A stretch of 64,000 bases of DNA from Macrostomum lignano (GCA_002269645.1 NIVC01001049.1:124001-188000), one strand, 5' to 3'. Positions 39,219-53,009 are shown, numbered from the stretch's first letter. Made by a program: numbers and translations. The notes: generated by a model from the sequence alone, not told the origin.

Positions 39219-40943
39219 TTATTTTCCCCGATTATCCACCATCCCCGCTGCCCCCGAATCACCTGACTTGCCATCCGCCCCCGGCTCTCGGCCGCCTCCG
39301 CCCACCTCTACTTCGTCAGCTGCTGCACAGGAAATTGCATCAGTGGAGGCAGGAGCTGCTTTACGGATATCTTTAGAGCATTTGGCGCTGGTTTCTGTAC
39401 TTTTAGAAGGTCCTTTGCCGGCGCCTGTACTTTTAGCAGGTCCTTTGCTGGTTCCTGCACTGTTAGCAGGTCCCTTGCCGGTGCTTGTACTTTTAACAGG
39501 TCCTTTGCTGGTGTCTGTACTTTTAACAGGTCCTTTGCTGGTGTCTGTACTTTTAGCAGGTCCTTTGCCGGTGTCTGTACTTTTAGAAGGTCCTTTGCTG
39601 GTTCCTGCACTTTTAGCAGGTCCTTTGCTGGTCCCTGAACTGTTAGCAGGTCCCTTGCCGGTGCCTGTACTTTTAACAGGTCCTTTGCCGGTGTCTGTAC
39701 TTTTAACAGGTCCTTTTCCGGTGTCTGTACTTTTAACAGGTTCTTTGCCGGTGCCTGTACTTTTAGCAGGTCCTTTGCTGGTTCCTGCACTGTTAGCAGG
39801 TCCCTTGCCGGTGTCTGTACTTTTAACAGGTCCTTTTCCGGTGTCTGTACTTTTAGCAGCAGCCTTGTTGATGCTTGCAGGTCTAGTAGCCGGACTTCTA
39901 TTGCTAAAAATTTTAGCCACACTCGTGCCAGAGTCTGAGCTGCGGCTACTGCTGCCCGTTCTGCTTCTCCCGCCTGCCACAGCAGCCTCCGTCAGCTGCC
40001 CCTCAGAGCCACCAAAGCCGCGACGTCCGCCGTTGCCCGACAGGCGCGTCTGAGAAGGTGCAGCCGATGAGGCTCGGTGGGTCTTCGCTGCGGCAGCGCC
40101 TCGGGGACCTGTCACTCCGGCTGGCTGCTGTTTACCGCCTGTCACTCTGGCTGGTCGCTGTTTACCGCCTGTCACTCCGGCTGGTTGCTGCTTACCGCCT
40201 GTCACTCCAGCTGGCTGCTGTTTACCGCCTGTCACTCCGACTGGCTGCTGCTTACCGCCTGTCACTCCAGCTGGCTGCTGCTTACCGCTTGTCACTCCGA
40301 CTGGCTGCTGCTTACCGCCTGTCACTCCAGCTGGCTGCTGTTTACCGCCTGTCACTCCAGCTGGCTGCTGTTTACCGCCTGTCACTCCGGCTGGCTGCTG
40401 TTTACCGCCTGTCACTCCGGCTGGCTGCTGCTTACCGCCTGTCACTCCGGCTGGCTGCTGTTTACCGCCTGTCACTCCGGCTGGCTGCTGTTTACCGCCT
40501 GTCACTCCGGCTGGCTGCTGTTTACCGCCTGTCACTCCGGCTGGCTGCTGCTTACCGCCTGTCACTCCAGCTGGCTGCTGCTTATCGCCTGTCACTTTGG
40601 CAGGTAGCTGCTCACCAGCGCCTGTCACTCCAGCCGGTAGCTGCTCACCAGCGCCTGTCACTCCAGCTGGCTGCTGCTTATCGCCTGTCACTCTGGCAGG
40701 TAGCTGCTCACCAGCGCCTGTCACTCCAGCCGGTAGCTGCTCACCAGCGCCTGTCACTCCAGCCGGTAGCTGCTCACCAGCGCCTGTCACTCCAGCCGGT
40801 AGCTGCTCACCAGCGCCTGTCACTCCAGCCGGTAGCTGCTCACCAGCGCCTGTCACTCCAGCCGGTAGCTGCTCACCAGCGCCTGTCACTCCAGCCGGTA
40901 GCTGCTCACCAGCGCCTGTCACTCCAGCCGGTAGCTGCTTCAC
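39219..40943 (-). CDS. 574-aa low-complexity ORF made of 10/11-aa repeats (AGVTGAGEQLP, AGVTGGKQQP, STDTGKGPVK); product unknown
   Basis: Repeat units are 33 and 30 nt, so frame-preserving, and unique linkers stay open. The upstream ORF 41194-40940 joins only with a frame change. Confidence 0.4.
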   Translation of the reverse strand: MKQLPAGVTGAGEQLPAGVTGAGEQLPAGVTGAGEQLPAGVTGAGEQLPAGVTGAGEQLPAGVTGAGEQLPAGVTGAGEQLPARVTGDKQQPAGVTGAGEQLPAGVTGAGEQLPAKVTGDKQQPAGVTGGKQQPAGVTGGKQQPAGVTGGKQQPAGVTGGKQQPAGVTGGKQQPAGVTGGKQQPAGVTGGKQQPAGVTGGKQQPAGVTGGKQQPVGVTSGKQQPAGVTGGKQQPVGVTGGKQQPAGVTGGKQQPAGVTGGKQRPARVTGGKQQPAGVTGPRGAAAAKTHRASSAAPSQTRLSGNGGRRGFGGSEGQLTEAAVAGGRSRTGSSSRSSDSGTSVAKIFSNRSPATRPASINKAAAKSTDTGKGPVKSTDTGKGPANSAGTSKGPAKSTGTGKEPVKSTDTGKGPVKSTDTGKGPVKSTGTGKGPANSSGTSKGPAKSAGTSKGPSKSTDTGKGPAKSTDTSKGPVKSTDTSKGPVKSTSTGKGPANSAGTSKGPAKSTGAGKGPSKSTETSAKCSKDIRKAAPASTDAISCAAADEVEVGGGGREPGADGKSGDSGAAGMVDNRGK

Positions 40944-41585
40944 CAGCGCTGTGCGCTCACTCTAGCTGGCTGCCGCTTCCCGCCTGTCGCTCCTTTAACC
41001 TCCTGGCTCCCAGTGCACTCTTCCACAGTGCTGTCAGAATCGCCGCTGACAAGCTGGTGCAGCACGGTCTCCACCGGATCCCAGTTTGGATCTTCAGCAG
41101 CCAGCACCGACTGTTCCTGTGCCGCCGCGGCGGGTGGCCCGGAGCTCACTCCAGTATCCGACGGCTGCATGCCGAAAAACTGGCTCAAAATCAAGTCAGA
41201 GATTGACCCCCCTAAGAGCGGCTCCAGAGGTTTTATAGCATTTTAAAACACGCATGGCGGCTCCAGTGGGCAGCCAGGGCGGCAAAGATCTATCGATTGT
41301 ATCGATTTTGGGATTTGCTAAATTCAGCCAAGCAACCGGGAGAGCGGCGGTGCGGTGACCAAAGAAAGCTCAGTGCTGCTCAGCGGGATAAAGGCGGTAA
41401 GCTGCAGGACTCCCATGTAGCCTGAACCATTTATGGCCAAATCAAGTTCCTCGTCAACTGCATTCAAGGCAGCCGAGGTGGTCAGATAATCAATGTAAAA
41501 AATGCAATACTTTTCCCCCATTTCTGAGCCGCCAGGAGAAACCAGAATGTCGAGCGCTTGAGTTCTTTTGTAGAGCCGTACTGAA

Positions 41586-42036
<451 letters not shown>

Positions 42037-42410
42037 TCCTTAGTCCTTTCGTCCGTCCGTTTGTCTGCGCCTCAATGTCTTAGTATCTGTCCCAAAGTCA
42101 TTTGCTTTGCAGCCAGTGTCCGCCCCCGCACAGCCCTGTCCCGCGGGCTCTCCCCTCTCTCCCTCGCCCACCCTACACAGCCGTGGGGGCCAATAAGTCG
42201 GCCAGCTGGGCTACCAGCAGCTGCAGAACAATGGCAGTCCGCAATTGGCAGGGGGAGCGGAGTAGGGGCGGCCCCGCTGCTCGCGAACACATAAGACCAC
42301 CCGGCGCGGGTATCGCAATGCCGCATCCGCTGCGCTCAGCTTCCCGTCCTCTGCTTTCTCCCGCCTCTATTGAGCAGTTCCTCAGAACTCAAGCTATTCA
42401 ACAATACTCG

Positions 42411-45400
42411 ATGGTGAAGACTCTCAGCTGCCTGAGCTGTTGCCTGGTTGCGGTGGCCCTGACGACCATCGCCGGCGCTGAAGATGCTGGTGAGTTCGAG
42501 TCCAGTATTTGGCGATCTTTTTGAGCACGAGCTGAAAGTGTTCTCTGAGTCTTTTAAAGTCGCCTTTCTATCAACTTTTTTTGACAATTGTAAAAATTTA
42601 GATTCAAAACTTGATTGGCGAGGGGGGGTCCGTGACCCCTCTTGGCGATGCACCAGTGAAAATATCTTTCATGGCTTCGGTTTGACTGAATCTCGGCCGG
42701 GGCCTTGCATCAGAAAACAGAAGCAAGTGAAAACTGCAGCCGTAGAAGCGCAAAAACAGAGACGCAAATTCCATCTAGGGAATTCCCTCAAGGTCGAAAA
42801 TAAGCAACAAATTGGAAATGAAACTGGCGCAAAAACAAGCCGCTGGCAGACTATTTTTAGCTGCTCTGTAAAAACTGCACTCAGCTGACCGCCCGCCCCC
42901 GCCTGCCGGCCTGCGCAGGCTGCAACCAGTGCGAGCCCGGCGCCATCTGCGTGGACTTGGAGGCCCGCTGGGTGGAGAGACGCAAGGCCAACATCCAGGA
43001 GATCTTGGTGCCCAATGCGCACGAGCTCATTGCCCAGCACTCCAGCCGTTGCCGCGAGCTCAGCCATGTCATCGTCCGTGGCAGCCTCGCCGAGTTTGCG
43101 GCTTCGAGGCGCGGCGGCAGCCTACAGATTTCCACCGGCCCGCTGCACAGCCTGAGCCCGGCCGGCGGCCGGCATGCGGACGGCTCCAGCATGGCCATGG
43201 TGAGCAGCGGCCACGCGCTGAGCGGCGGCCACGCGCTGAACGTCGGCCAGGCGCACCAGGTCCGCTGCGACAACTCGGTGGGCCGCCTGCCAAGCGCCGA
43301 GGCGTCGGTCGCCCTCTGCCCGGCCGCCGCTCCGGCCGTGGTGGTGCAGGACATCGACTACAGCGGCGCCGGCGTCTCCATGACCTGCGCGCTCTGCTCG
43401 GTGACGCACGCCTTCGCCAGCGTCTCGGCGCTGGGCTCTGCGCCCCACGTGGACATCGTGATGCCCGTCAACAACACGGGCCAGGCTGCTGTACACCTCC
43501 TGCTGGAGACGCTGCCGCCCAGTGGGGACACCGGTGAGGATTAACTGGATTCGGGCTAGCGTTGCCTGCCGAGTGCCTTTGTGTCTGCCGAGTGCCTTTG
43601 TGTCTGCCGAGTGCCTTTTTGTCTGCCGAGTGCCTTTGTGTCTGCTGAGTGCCTTTGTGTCTGCCGAGTGCCTTTTTGTCTGCCGAGTTCCTTTGTGTCT
43701 GCCGAGTGCCTTTGTGTCTGCCGAGTTCCTTTGTGCCTCCTGAGTGCCTTTGTGTCTGCCGAGTGCCTTTGTGCCGGCCGAGTGACTTTGTGTCTGCCGA
43801 GTGCCTTTGTGCCTGCCGAGTGCTTTTGTGTCTGCCGAGTGCCTTTGTGCCTGCCGAGTGCCTTTGTGTCTGCCGAGTTCTTTTGTGCCTCCTTAGTGCC
43901 TTTGTGTCTGCCGAGTGCCTTTGTGTCTGCCGAGTTCTTTTGTGCCTCCTGAGTGCCTTTGTGTCTGCCGAGTGCCTTTGTGTCTGCCGGGTGCCTTTGT
44001 GCCTGACGAGTGCCTTTGTGAAGGCCGAGTGACTTTGTGTCTGCCGAGTGCCTTTGTGCCTGCCTTTGTGCCTTTGTGCCTGCCTTTGTGCCTTTGTGCC
44101 TGCCTTTGTGCCTTTGTGCCTTTGTGCCTGCCTTTGTGCCTTTGTGCCTTTGTGCCTGCCTTTGTGCCTTTGTGCCTGCGAGTGCCTTTGTGCCTGCCTT
44201 TGTGCCTTTGTGTCTGCCGAGTGCCTTTGTGTCTGCCGAGTGCCTTTGTGTCTGCCGAGTGCCTTTGTGTCTGCCGAGTTCTTTTGTGCCTCCTGAGTGC
44301 CTTTGTGTCTGCCGAGTGCCTTTGTGTCTGCCGGGTGCCTTTGTGCCTGCCGAGTGCCTTTGTGTCTGCCGAGTGCCTTTGTGAAGGCCGAGTGACTTTG
44401 TGTCTGCCGAGTGCCTTTGTGCCTGCCTTTGTGCCTTTGTGCCTGCCTTTGTGCCTTTGTGCCTGCCGAGTGCCTTTGTGCCTGCCTTTGTGCCTTTGTG
44501 TCTGCCGAGTGCCTTTGTGTCTGCCGAGTGACTTTGTGTCTGCCGAGTGCCTTTGTGAAGGCCGAGTGACTTTGTGTCTGCCGAGTGCCTTTGTGCCTGC
44601 CTTTGTGCCTTTGTGCCTGCCTTTGTGCCTTTGTGCCTGCCGAGTGCCTTTGTGCCTGCCTTTGTGCCTTTGTGCCTGCCTTTGTGCCTTTGTGCCTTTG
44701 TGCCTGCCTTTGTGCCTTTGTGTCTGCCGAGTGCCTTTGTGTCTGCTGAGTGCCTTTGTGTCTGCCGAGTGCCTTTTTGTCTGCCGAGTTCCTTTGTGTC
44801 TGCCGAGTGCCTTTGTGTCTGCCGAGTTCCTTTGTGCCTCCTGAGTGCCTTTGTGTCTGCCGAGTGCCTTTGTGCCGGCCGAGTGACTTTGTGTCTGCCG
44901 AGTGCCTTTGTGCCTGCCGAGTGCTTTTGTGTCTGCCGAGTGCCTTTGTGCCTGCCGAGTGCCTTTGTGTCTGCCGAGTTCTTTTGTGCCTCCTTAGTGC
45001 CTTTGTGTCTGCCGAGTGCCTTTGTGTCTGCCGAGTTCTTTTGTGCCTCCTGAGTGCCTTTGTGTCTGCCGAGTGCCTTTGTGTCTGCCGGGTGCCTTTG
45101 TGCCTGACGAGTGCCTTTGTGAAGGCCGAGTGACTTTGTGTCTGCCGAGTGCCTTTGTGCCTGCCTTTGTGCCTTTGTGCCTGCCTTTGTGCCTTTGTGC
45201 CTGCCTTTGTGCCTTTGTGCCTTTGTGCCTGCCTTTGTGCCTTTGTGCCTTTGTGCCTGCCTTTGTGCCTTTGTGCCTGCCGAGTGCCTTTGTGCCTGCC
45301 TTTGTGCCTTTGTGTCTGCCGAGTGCCTTTGTGTCTGCCGAGTGCCTTTGTGTCTGCCGAGTGCCTTTGTGTCTGCCGAGTTCTTTTGTGCCTCCTGAGT

Positions 45401-48400
45401 GCCTTTGTGTCTGCCGAGTGCCTTTGTGTCTGCCGGGTGCCTTTGTGCCTGCCGAGTGCCTTTGTGTCTGCCGAGTGCCTTTGTGAAGGCCGAGTGACTT
45501 TGTGTCTGCCGAGTGCCTTTGTGCCTGCCTTTGTGCCTTTGTGCCTGCCTTTGTGCCTTTGTGCCTGCCGAGTGCCTTTGTGCCTGCCTTTGTGCCTTTG
45601 TGCCTGCCTTTGTGCCTTTGTGCCTTTGTGCCTGCCTTTGTGCCTTTGTGCCTGCCGAGTGCCTTTGTGCCTGCCTTTGTGCCTTTGTGTCTGCCGAGTG
45701 CCTTTGTGTCTGCCGAGTGACTTTGTCTACTGAGTGCTTTCTTGCCAGCTGTGAGCCTTTGTTCCCACCGAGTCTGTGTCTGCCATGTGTCTGTCATTTG
45801 CGCCTGGTTTCGACTTTGTCCCTCCGCATGCCCCGAGCCCTCTGTGCGTGCCTGGGCTGTGCGAGACTGACAGCTGATCGAATGCTTATCTGTCCATGAG
45901 AAGCTGTCATTAGTGCAGAGAAGTATTCTTGTTTTAATTTCCAGTTTATAACGAACAAAGAATACTTTTTAAAGTAATGTCGAAAAAATTGATTCCTGTC
46001 TGCAGTCAAGTGCAATAACTATTGTAGTCAGTAGCTCAGCTCCCCCTGTCTGCAGTCAAGTGCAGTAACTATTGTAGTCAGTAGCTCAGCTCCCCCTGTC
46101 TGCAGTCAAGTGCAGTAACTATTGTAGTCAGTAGCTCAGCTCCCCCTGTCTGCAGTCAAGTGCAGTAACTATTGTAGTCAGTAGCTCAGCTCCCCCTGTC
46201 TGCAGACAAGTGCAGTAACTATTGTAGTCAGTAGCTCAGTTCCCCCTGTCTGCAGTCAAGTGCAATAACTATTGTAGTCAGTAGCTCAGCTCCCCCTGTC
46301 TGCAGTCAAGTGCAGTAACTATTGTAGTCAGTAGCTCAGCTCCCCCTGTCTGCAGTCAAGTGCAATAACTATTGTAGTCAGTAGCTCAGCTCCCCCTGTC
46401 TGCAGTCAAGTGCAGTAACTATTGTAGTCAGTAGCTCAGCTCCCCCTTTCTGCAGTCAAGTGCAATAACTATTGTAGTCAGTAGCTCAGCTCCCCCTGTC
46501 TGCAGTCAAGTGCAATAACTATTGTAGTCAGTAGCTCAGTTCCCCTGTCTGCAGTCAAGTGCAGTAACTATTGTAGTCAGTAGCTCAGCTCCCCCTGTCT
46601 GCAGTCAAGTGCAATAACTATTGTAGTCAGTAGCTCAGCTCCCCCTGTCTGCAGTCAAGTGCAGTAACTATTGTAGTCAGTAGCTCAGCTCCCCCTGTCT
46701 GCAGTCAAGTGCAATAACTATTGTAGTCAGTAGCTCAGTTCCCCCTGTCTGCAGTCAAGTGCAGTAACTATTGTAGTCAGTAGCTCAGCTCCCCCTGTCT
46801 GCAGTCAAGTGCAGTAACTATTGTAGTCAGTAGCTCAGCTCCCACGCAGCGCCACTTGCCCATAGGACTTGGTAGTTCGGCCCGGGTAGTTGCATCCCAG
46901 CTGAGCCTGGCTGGCACTCGGCAATGATAAATGCCCAACAGTGAACCTCGCAGAATCCGACTGCTACCTGAAGTGCGACCAGAGCACTCGATGCGTCGGC
47001 CGGAGCCGAATCTGCGACGGAGTTCAGGACTGCGGCGCCGGGGTCAACGCCACCAGCAATGACGAGGGCTCCCTGCTGTGCTCGCTGCTGCGCGGTAAGC
47101 AAGAAAAGGCAATTCGCTCGCGCTACTCTACTAACCAAGTAGGGTATAAGTAGACTGTATGAGATACTACGAGCTACATTGAAAAATAAGGGAGAGGCGA
47201 AGTGAAGGCTTGACCTTTTCGACAATGGCCCTGCGCAAACTACCCGAGTTCGGATCGGGGAAGCCTCCGAGGCGGCGTTGTAAAACTGCTTTACAGTCTT
47301 CGAATCGCCAGGCCTGATGCCGGTCTGCCTAGGTCTTTTATGACCCCCATCGAGCTGTGGAATGTCAACCGGCTCCCGGGGGATTAAAATGCCGGGTTGG
47401 AGTATTAGCGAGTCATCGCAGCTATAAATTCACCGTCTCATTGATCCACAGCCTCATACATTCCCATCCTCGTAGATTCAAATCCTCATGCATTCACATG
47501 CTCACAGATTCACATCCTCACAGATTCACATCCTCACAGATTCACATCCTCACAGATTCGCATCCTCACAGATTAGCATCCTCACAGATTCACATCCTCA
47601 CAGATTCACATCCTCACAGATTCATATCCTCACAGATTCACATCCTCACAGATTCGCATCCTCACAGATTCACATCCTCACAGATTCACATCCTCACAGA
47701 TTCACATCCTCACAGATTCACATCCTCACAGATTCACATCCTCACAGATTCACATCCTCACAGATTCACATCCTCACAGATTCACATCCTCACAGATTCA
47801 CATGCTCACAGATTCACATGCTCACAGATTCACATCCTCACAGATTCACATCCTCACAGATTCACATCCTCACAGATTCGCATCCTCACAGATTCGCATC
47901 CTCACAGATTCGCATCCTCACAGATTCACATCCTCACAGATTCATATCCTCACAGATTCACATCCTCACAGATTCGCATCCTCACAGATTCACATCCTCA
48001 CAGATTCACATCCTCACAGATTCACATCCTCACAGATTCACATCCTCACAGATTCACATCCTCACAGATTCGCATCCTCATGAATTCCACCGCCAAGAAT
48101 TTGCAGCCGAGGCCGCAAAGGCCGGCAGTCCCTAATTGGCCTTAGCGGGTCGCGCAGAATTTCCCAGGATTGGAAAGTTCGCGTTGGCGGAAGCCCCCCC
48201 CCCCCAGCATCAGCCCAGCTGCAGATTGGCACGGATCAGCAGCAGAAGACGGTAACTGCAGGTATTCTGGCCCGGCCTGCTTCCTGCCCGCCCTCAGCCT
48301 CTGTCCGTCATCGGCTCGGGCTCCCCGCGGCGCGCAGCCAGCCCGACGCTCCGCAAACAAATATCCCAAATATCCCATCACCCGCACCGGGAGGAATGCC

Positions 48401-50546
48401 CAGTCTGAAAGTGCGTCTGCCGCGACTGGCATTTCAAGGAGCCCCGGAGAAGCCGCGGGGGCGCCATGACGCAGCCGTGATGGCAGCTAAAAGTGCAACT
48501 CGGGCGCAAGACGCTGCGTGTTGCGCTGCTGGCGAAAGTGCACTGCAGTCAAGTGGGAGCTCGGGACGCAAACACGGAATGTCAGACCAACCAGTTCCAC
48601 TTCCGATAGCATGCACTGGATTAGCAATGGATTAGCAATCCATTCTCTGCTCCGGATTAGCAATGGATTAGCAATCCATTCTCTGCTCCTATGCAATGGA
48701 TTAGCAATGGATTAGCAATGGATTAGCAATCCATTCCCTGCTCCTATGCAATGGATTAGCAATGGATTAGCAATGGATTAGCAATCCACTCCTGCTCCCA
48801 CGCAATGGATTAGCAATCCACTCCTGCTCCCATGCAATGGATTAGCAATCCACTCCTGCTCCCATGCAATGGATTAGCAATGGATTAGCAATGGATTAGC
48901 AATGGATTAGCAATGGATTAGCAATGGATTAGCAATGGATTAGCAATGGATTAGCAATGGATTAGCAATGGATTAGCAATGGATTAGCAATGGATTAGCA
49001 ATGGATTAGCAATGGATTAGCAATGGATTAGCAACGGATTAGCAATGGATTAGCAATCTATTCCTGCTCTCATACGAGCCGTATAATGGACTGACTGCCA
49101 CTTATTCCTCCACACAGCAGAACCATTACAACCAGTCAGCCAGCTCAGCGACTATTTTCTGACCAGAAAATCTGAGCAAACCGCGAAGCAAATCTTGAGT
49201 TGGGGCATTGGGGGGTTTGAGAATTACTAGAAAAAACTCTTCTTTCGGAGTGGAGTCAACTCCCTACCCCCTCTGCCGCAGAGCTAACACACAAGGACGG
49301 AAGCGACCTCTCCCTCCGTGCATTTCTGCTCACAGTTTACGTGTCAGCGCTCTGAGGTGTCCGGCACGACCGAATGCGCTTTATTTGTCAAAGACTTGAA
49401 GCCGGAGACGCCTTGGCGCTTGGGGGCCAGCCGGGGTCGCACTGGGAGTCCTGGGAGTCCTGGGAGGGGGCTGCCAAGCAGTGATTCGAACCCCGCGAAC
49501 TTTAAAGCCGTGCAATGCTGCGAGACTGCGAGAAGAAAGTCACAGGGTCACCGAGGGAGATGCAGCTGTCTCAAAATTGGGAGAAGGAATGACAACGAGA
49601 TATGGAGAGGCAGAGAGAGGGATACGGGAAGGCAAAGAGGTGAGAGTCGGAGGAGAGGATCGGAGAGGGAAGGAAGGGAGGTAGAGAGGGCAAGAGGGGG
49701 AAGAGGGGAAGTGAGAAAGGGAAAGAGAGAGGGAGAAGGAGAGAGAGAAGGAGGTAGAGACAGGGAGGGAGAGAGACAGGGAGAGGGAGAGGGAGAGGGA
49801 GAGAGGGGGAGAGGAAAAGGGAGGAGGTAGAGAGAGAGAGGGTGAGAGGGTGAGAGAGGGGAGAGGGAGATAGAGAGGGAGACTGAGAGGGAGAGGGGAG
49901 ATGGGAGAGGGGGAAAGAGGGAGAGACATGCGATCACCCCAAATCCCAAGCACTGACATGACTGCTGTTGCCGATGTGTAACGCATTTAGAACCGAGCCA
50001 CCGACTGCCAGGTGCAGACACGTGGCTAAAGAGGAGTCGGATGCATCCAAAGTTAATGTGCCTTCTAAGAGCCTGCAAAGTGCAAAAAATAAGACAAAAT
50101 ATAAGCGTATAGGTTAATGAGTAGTCGAGTAACAATGCAAAATCAGAGCCAGCAGGCGGACGGAAGTGGGCCTGGCGTGCTGCGCGGCAGGAAGCCGAAC
50201 TCCCACCGTGTGACCGGGTGGAAGCCCTCAGCGCCTCGTACTTAATAGCACTCTACGGGATATGGAGAGGCATGGAGGGGACTCGAACTCAGCGAGCGGG
50301 TTGTAGCCGGACTTTCAAGCGCCTCCCCCCCCCCACCGCCGCCCGGTTGCAGCCGAGCGCGCCGACCGGCACCGCCTGCGCACCGCCACCGTCGCGGCCG
50401 TCGCCGTGGCCGCCCTGGCGCTGCTGGCCCTGCTGGCCGTGGCGGTCGCGGCCGGCCTCGCCCTGCGCCGCTGCGCCATCGCCCGAGCCGCCGACAAGGC
50501 GCAGCAGCTGAACCTCAGCCTGGTGGACAAGTCGCCGCTCATCTGA
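42411..50546 (+). CDS. Type I membrane protein: signal peptide, ~200-aa ectodomain, LDL-receptor class A module, TM helix, short tail; exons 42411-42489, 42919-43533, 46942-47094, 50353-50546 (~346 aa)
   Basis: MVKTLSCLSCCLVAVALTTIAGA signal; LDLa CDQSTRCVGRSRICDGVQDCG..SNDE...C; TM VAAVAVAALALLALLAVAVAAGLAL followed by RR; all introns GT-AG phase 1. Confidence 0.8.
43565..45745. repeat. Complex minisatellite (GTGCCTTTGTGTCTGCCGA and shorter variants) with a 1101-bp higher-order duplication
   Basis: Identical ORF-track peptides at 43649/44750, and matching ORF starts at 43915/45016 and 44037/45138 (offset 1101). Confidence 0.95.
45995..46842. repeat. 50-bp minisatellite (CCCCCTGTCTGCAGTCAAGTGCAGTAACTATTGTAGTCAGTAGCTCAGCT), ~17 copies
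   Basis: Visible array. Confidence 0.95.
47495..48078. repeat. 16-bp minisatellite (CACAGATTCACATCCT)
   Basis: Visible array. Confidence 0.95.
48615..49062. repeat. 11-bp repeat (GCAATGGATTA) with interspersed CCATTCTCTGCTCC blocks
   Basis: Visible array. Confidence 0.9.
49600..49925. repeat. Purine-rich (GA/GGA) low-complexity tract
   Basis: Visible. Confidence 0.85.
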
Positions 50547-50679
50547 GGCCCGCGACTTCGGCTCTCCTACTTCTCAGCATCCCAGTCTGAACAATATGAG
50601 CTCTGCGACATCTTTGAGTCAATTTGACCGCCTCACTACCTCTACTCACTGGTTTCTCGCTGTTTCCTATCTGCACATC

Positions 50680-51117
50680 TGCCTCTCCCTGCATCTCACT
50701 GTGTGATATGTCTCTCTCCCATCTGACTCTCCCTGCATCTCACTGTGTGATATGTCTCTCTCCCATCTGACTCTCCCTGCATCTCACTGTGTGATATGTC
50801 TCCCTCTCATCTGCCTCTCCCTGCATCTCAATGTGGTATGTCTCCCTCTCATCTGCCTCTCCCTGCATCTCACTGTGTGATATGTCTCTCTCCCATCTGA
50901 CTCTCCCTGCATCTCACTGTGTGATATGTCTCTCTCCTCTCTCTGATCTATCTCCCTCTCATCAACATTTCCCTGCATCTCACTGTGTGATATGTCTCCC
51001 TCTCATCTGCCTCTCCCTGCATCTCACTGTGTGATATGTCTCTCTCCTATCTGACTCTCCCTGCATCTCACTGTGTGATATGTCTCTCTCCCATCTGACT
51101 CTCCCTGCATCTCACCA
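50680..51117. repeat. ~42-bp minisatellite (CTCCCTGCATCTCACTGTGTGATATGTCTCTCTCCCATCTGA)
   Basis: Visible, ~10 units. Confidence 0.9.
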
Positions 51118-51725
51118 TGCTTCAAGGACCTCTGGTACCTTGACTTTGTCGCTGTGAGCCCCAGGATTCCATCCTCACTGTTTATCCTCATTGTCTAAAA
51201 AAGCAGTCTTTTTTCACTAGCAGTTTCCGTCATGATTTGTTACAAAATTACTCTCTGGATTTTGCTTCTCCAACTTGTCTCTGCCCCCCTCTTTGGTCAC
51301 CAAGTCCCGGTTGCAAAGCTTTGTCGTCTTGTCCAACTCGGCTCAGTCATCTGGGGGAATTTCTTCAAGCTGAAAATCAGGAATATTAATCAGCAAACAG
51401 CTGAAGAACAAATTTACCGCCCCCCAACCATTGTTAATCTGTTTTTGCTGCATAATGCGAAACCGCAAAGTCCATCTCGATGGATGAACGCCAAGCTCGC
51501 AGAATGTTGGTACCTTGAACACCGTTTGAAACCTGCGCTCGAGTGGGCTGGACGGCGCGACGGGCGAACACCAACTCAGAGAGGAATTTTTTCTAAGTCA
51601 ATTTTTGCTAACTCGCATCCCTGAGCTGCAAAATAAATAAAGCAAAGTTATAAGCGCTTGGTTAATTGGTCCGAAAGGACCCGGCATCTCAAAACAGGAT
51701 GTTCCTGCTGGTATTTCACTTTGCT

Positions 51726-51816
<91 letters not shown>

Positions 51817-51824
51817 TAGTGTCC

Positions 51825-51904
<80 letters not shown>

Positions 51905-51931
51905 TAGTGTCTGTCTGTGTGTCTGTCTGCC

Positions 51932-51974
<43 letters not shown>

Positions 51975-52003
51975 GTGCGTGTCTGTCTGTGTGTCTGTCT
52001 GCC

Positions 52004-52058
<55 letters not shown>

Positions 52059-52071
52059 GTGTCTGTCTGCC

Positions 52072-52166
<95 letters not shown>

Positions 52167-52207
52167 GTGCGTGTCTGTCTGTGTGTCTGTCTGCCTGTCT
52201 GTCTGTG

Positions 52208-52242
<35 letters not shown>

Positions 52243-52243
52243 A

Positions 52244-52330
<87 letters not shown>

Positions 52331-52331
52331 G

Positions 52332-52366
<35 letters not shown>

Positions 52367-52367
52367 A

Positions 52368-52432
<65 letters not shown>

Positions 52433-52467
52433 TTCTGTCTGTCTGTCTGTCTGTCTGTCTGTATGTA

Positions 52468-52498
<31 letters not shown>

Positions 52499-52509
52499 GT
52501 GCATGTCTG

Positions 52510-52567
<58 letters not shown>

Positions 52568-52568
52568 G

Positions 52569-52603
<35 letters not shown>

Positions 52604-52604
52604 A

Positions 52605-52669
<65 letters not shown>

Positions 52670-52696
52670 TTCTGTCTGTCTGTCTGTCTGTCTGTA

Positions 52697-52747
<51 letters not shown>

Positions 52748-52878
52748 GTGCGTGTCTGGTCTGTCTTAGTGTCTGTCTGTCTGTCTGTCTGTGTGCATGT
52801 CTGGTCTGTCTGTCTGTCTGTCTGTCTTACTGTCTGTCTGTCTGTCTGTGTGTCTGTCTGTCTGTCTGTCTGTTTGTG

Positions 52879-52943
<65 letters not shown>

Positions 52944-52946
52944 TAG

Positions 52947-53005
<59 letters not shown>
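51726..53005. repeat. (TCTG)n microsatellite with CTTAGTG and other interruptions
   Basis: Visible. Confidence 0.95.

Positions 53006-53009
<4 letters not shown>

Noticed and set aside
49455-49530. Minus-strand B-box-like GGTTCGAATC (tRNA/SINE head)
   Set aside because: No clear A box, cloverleaf, tail or TSD found.
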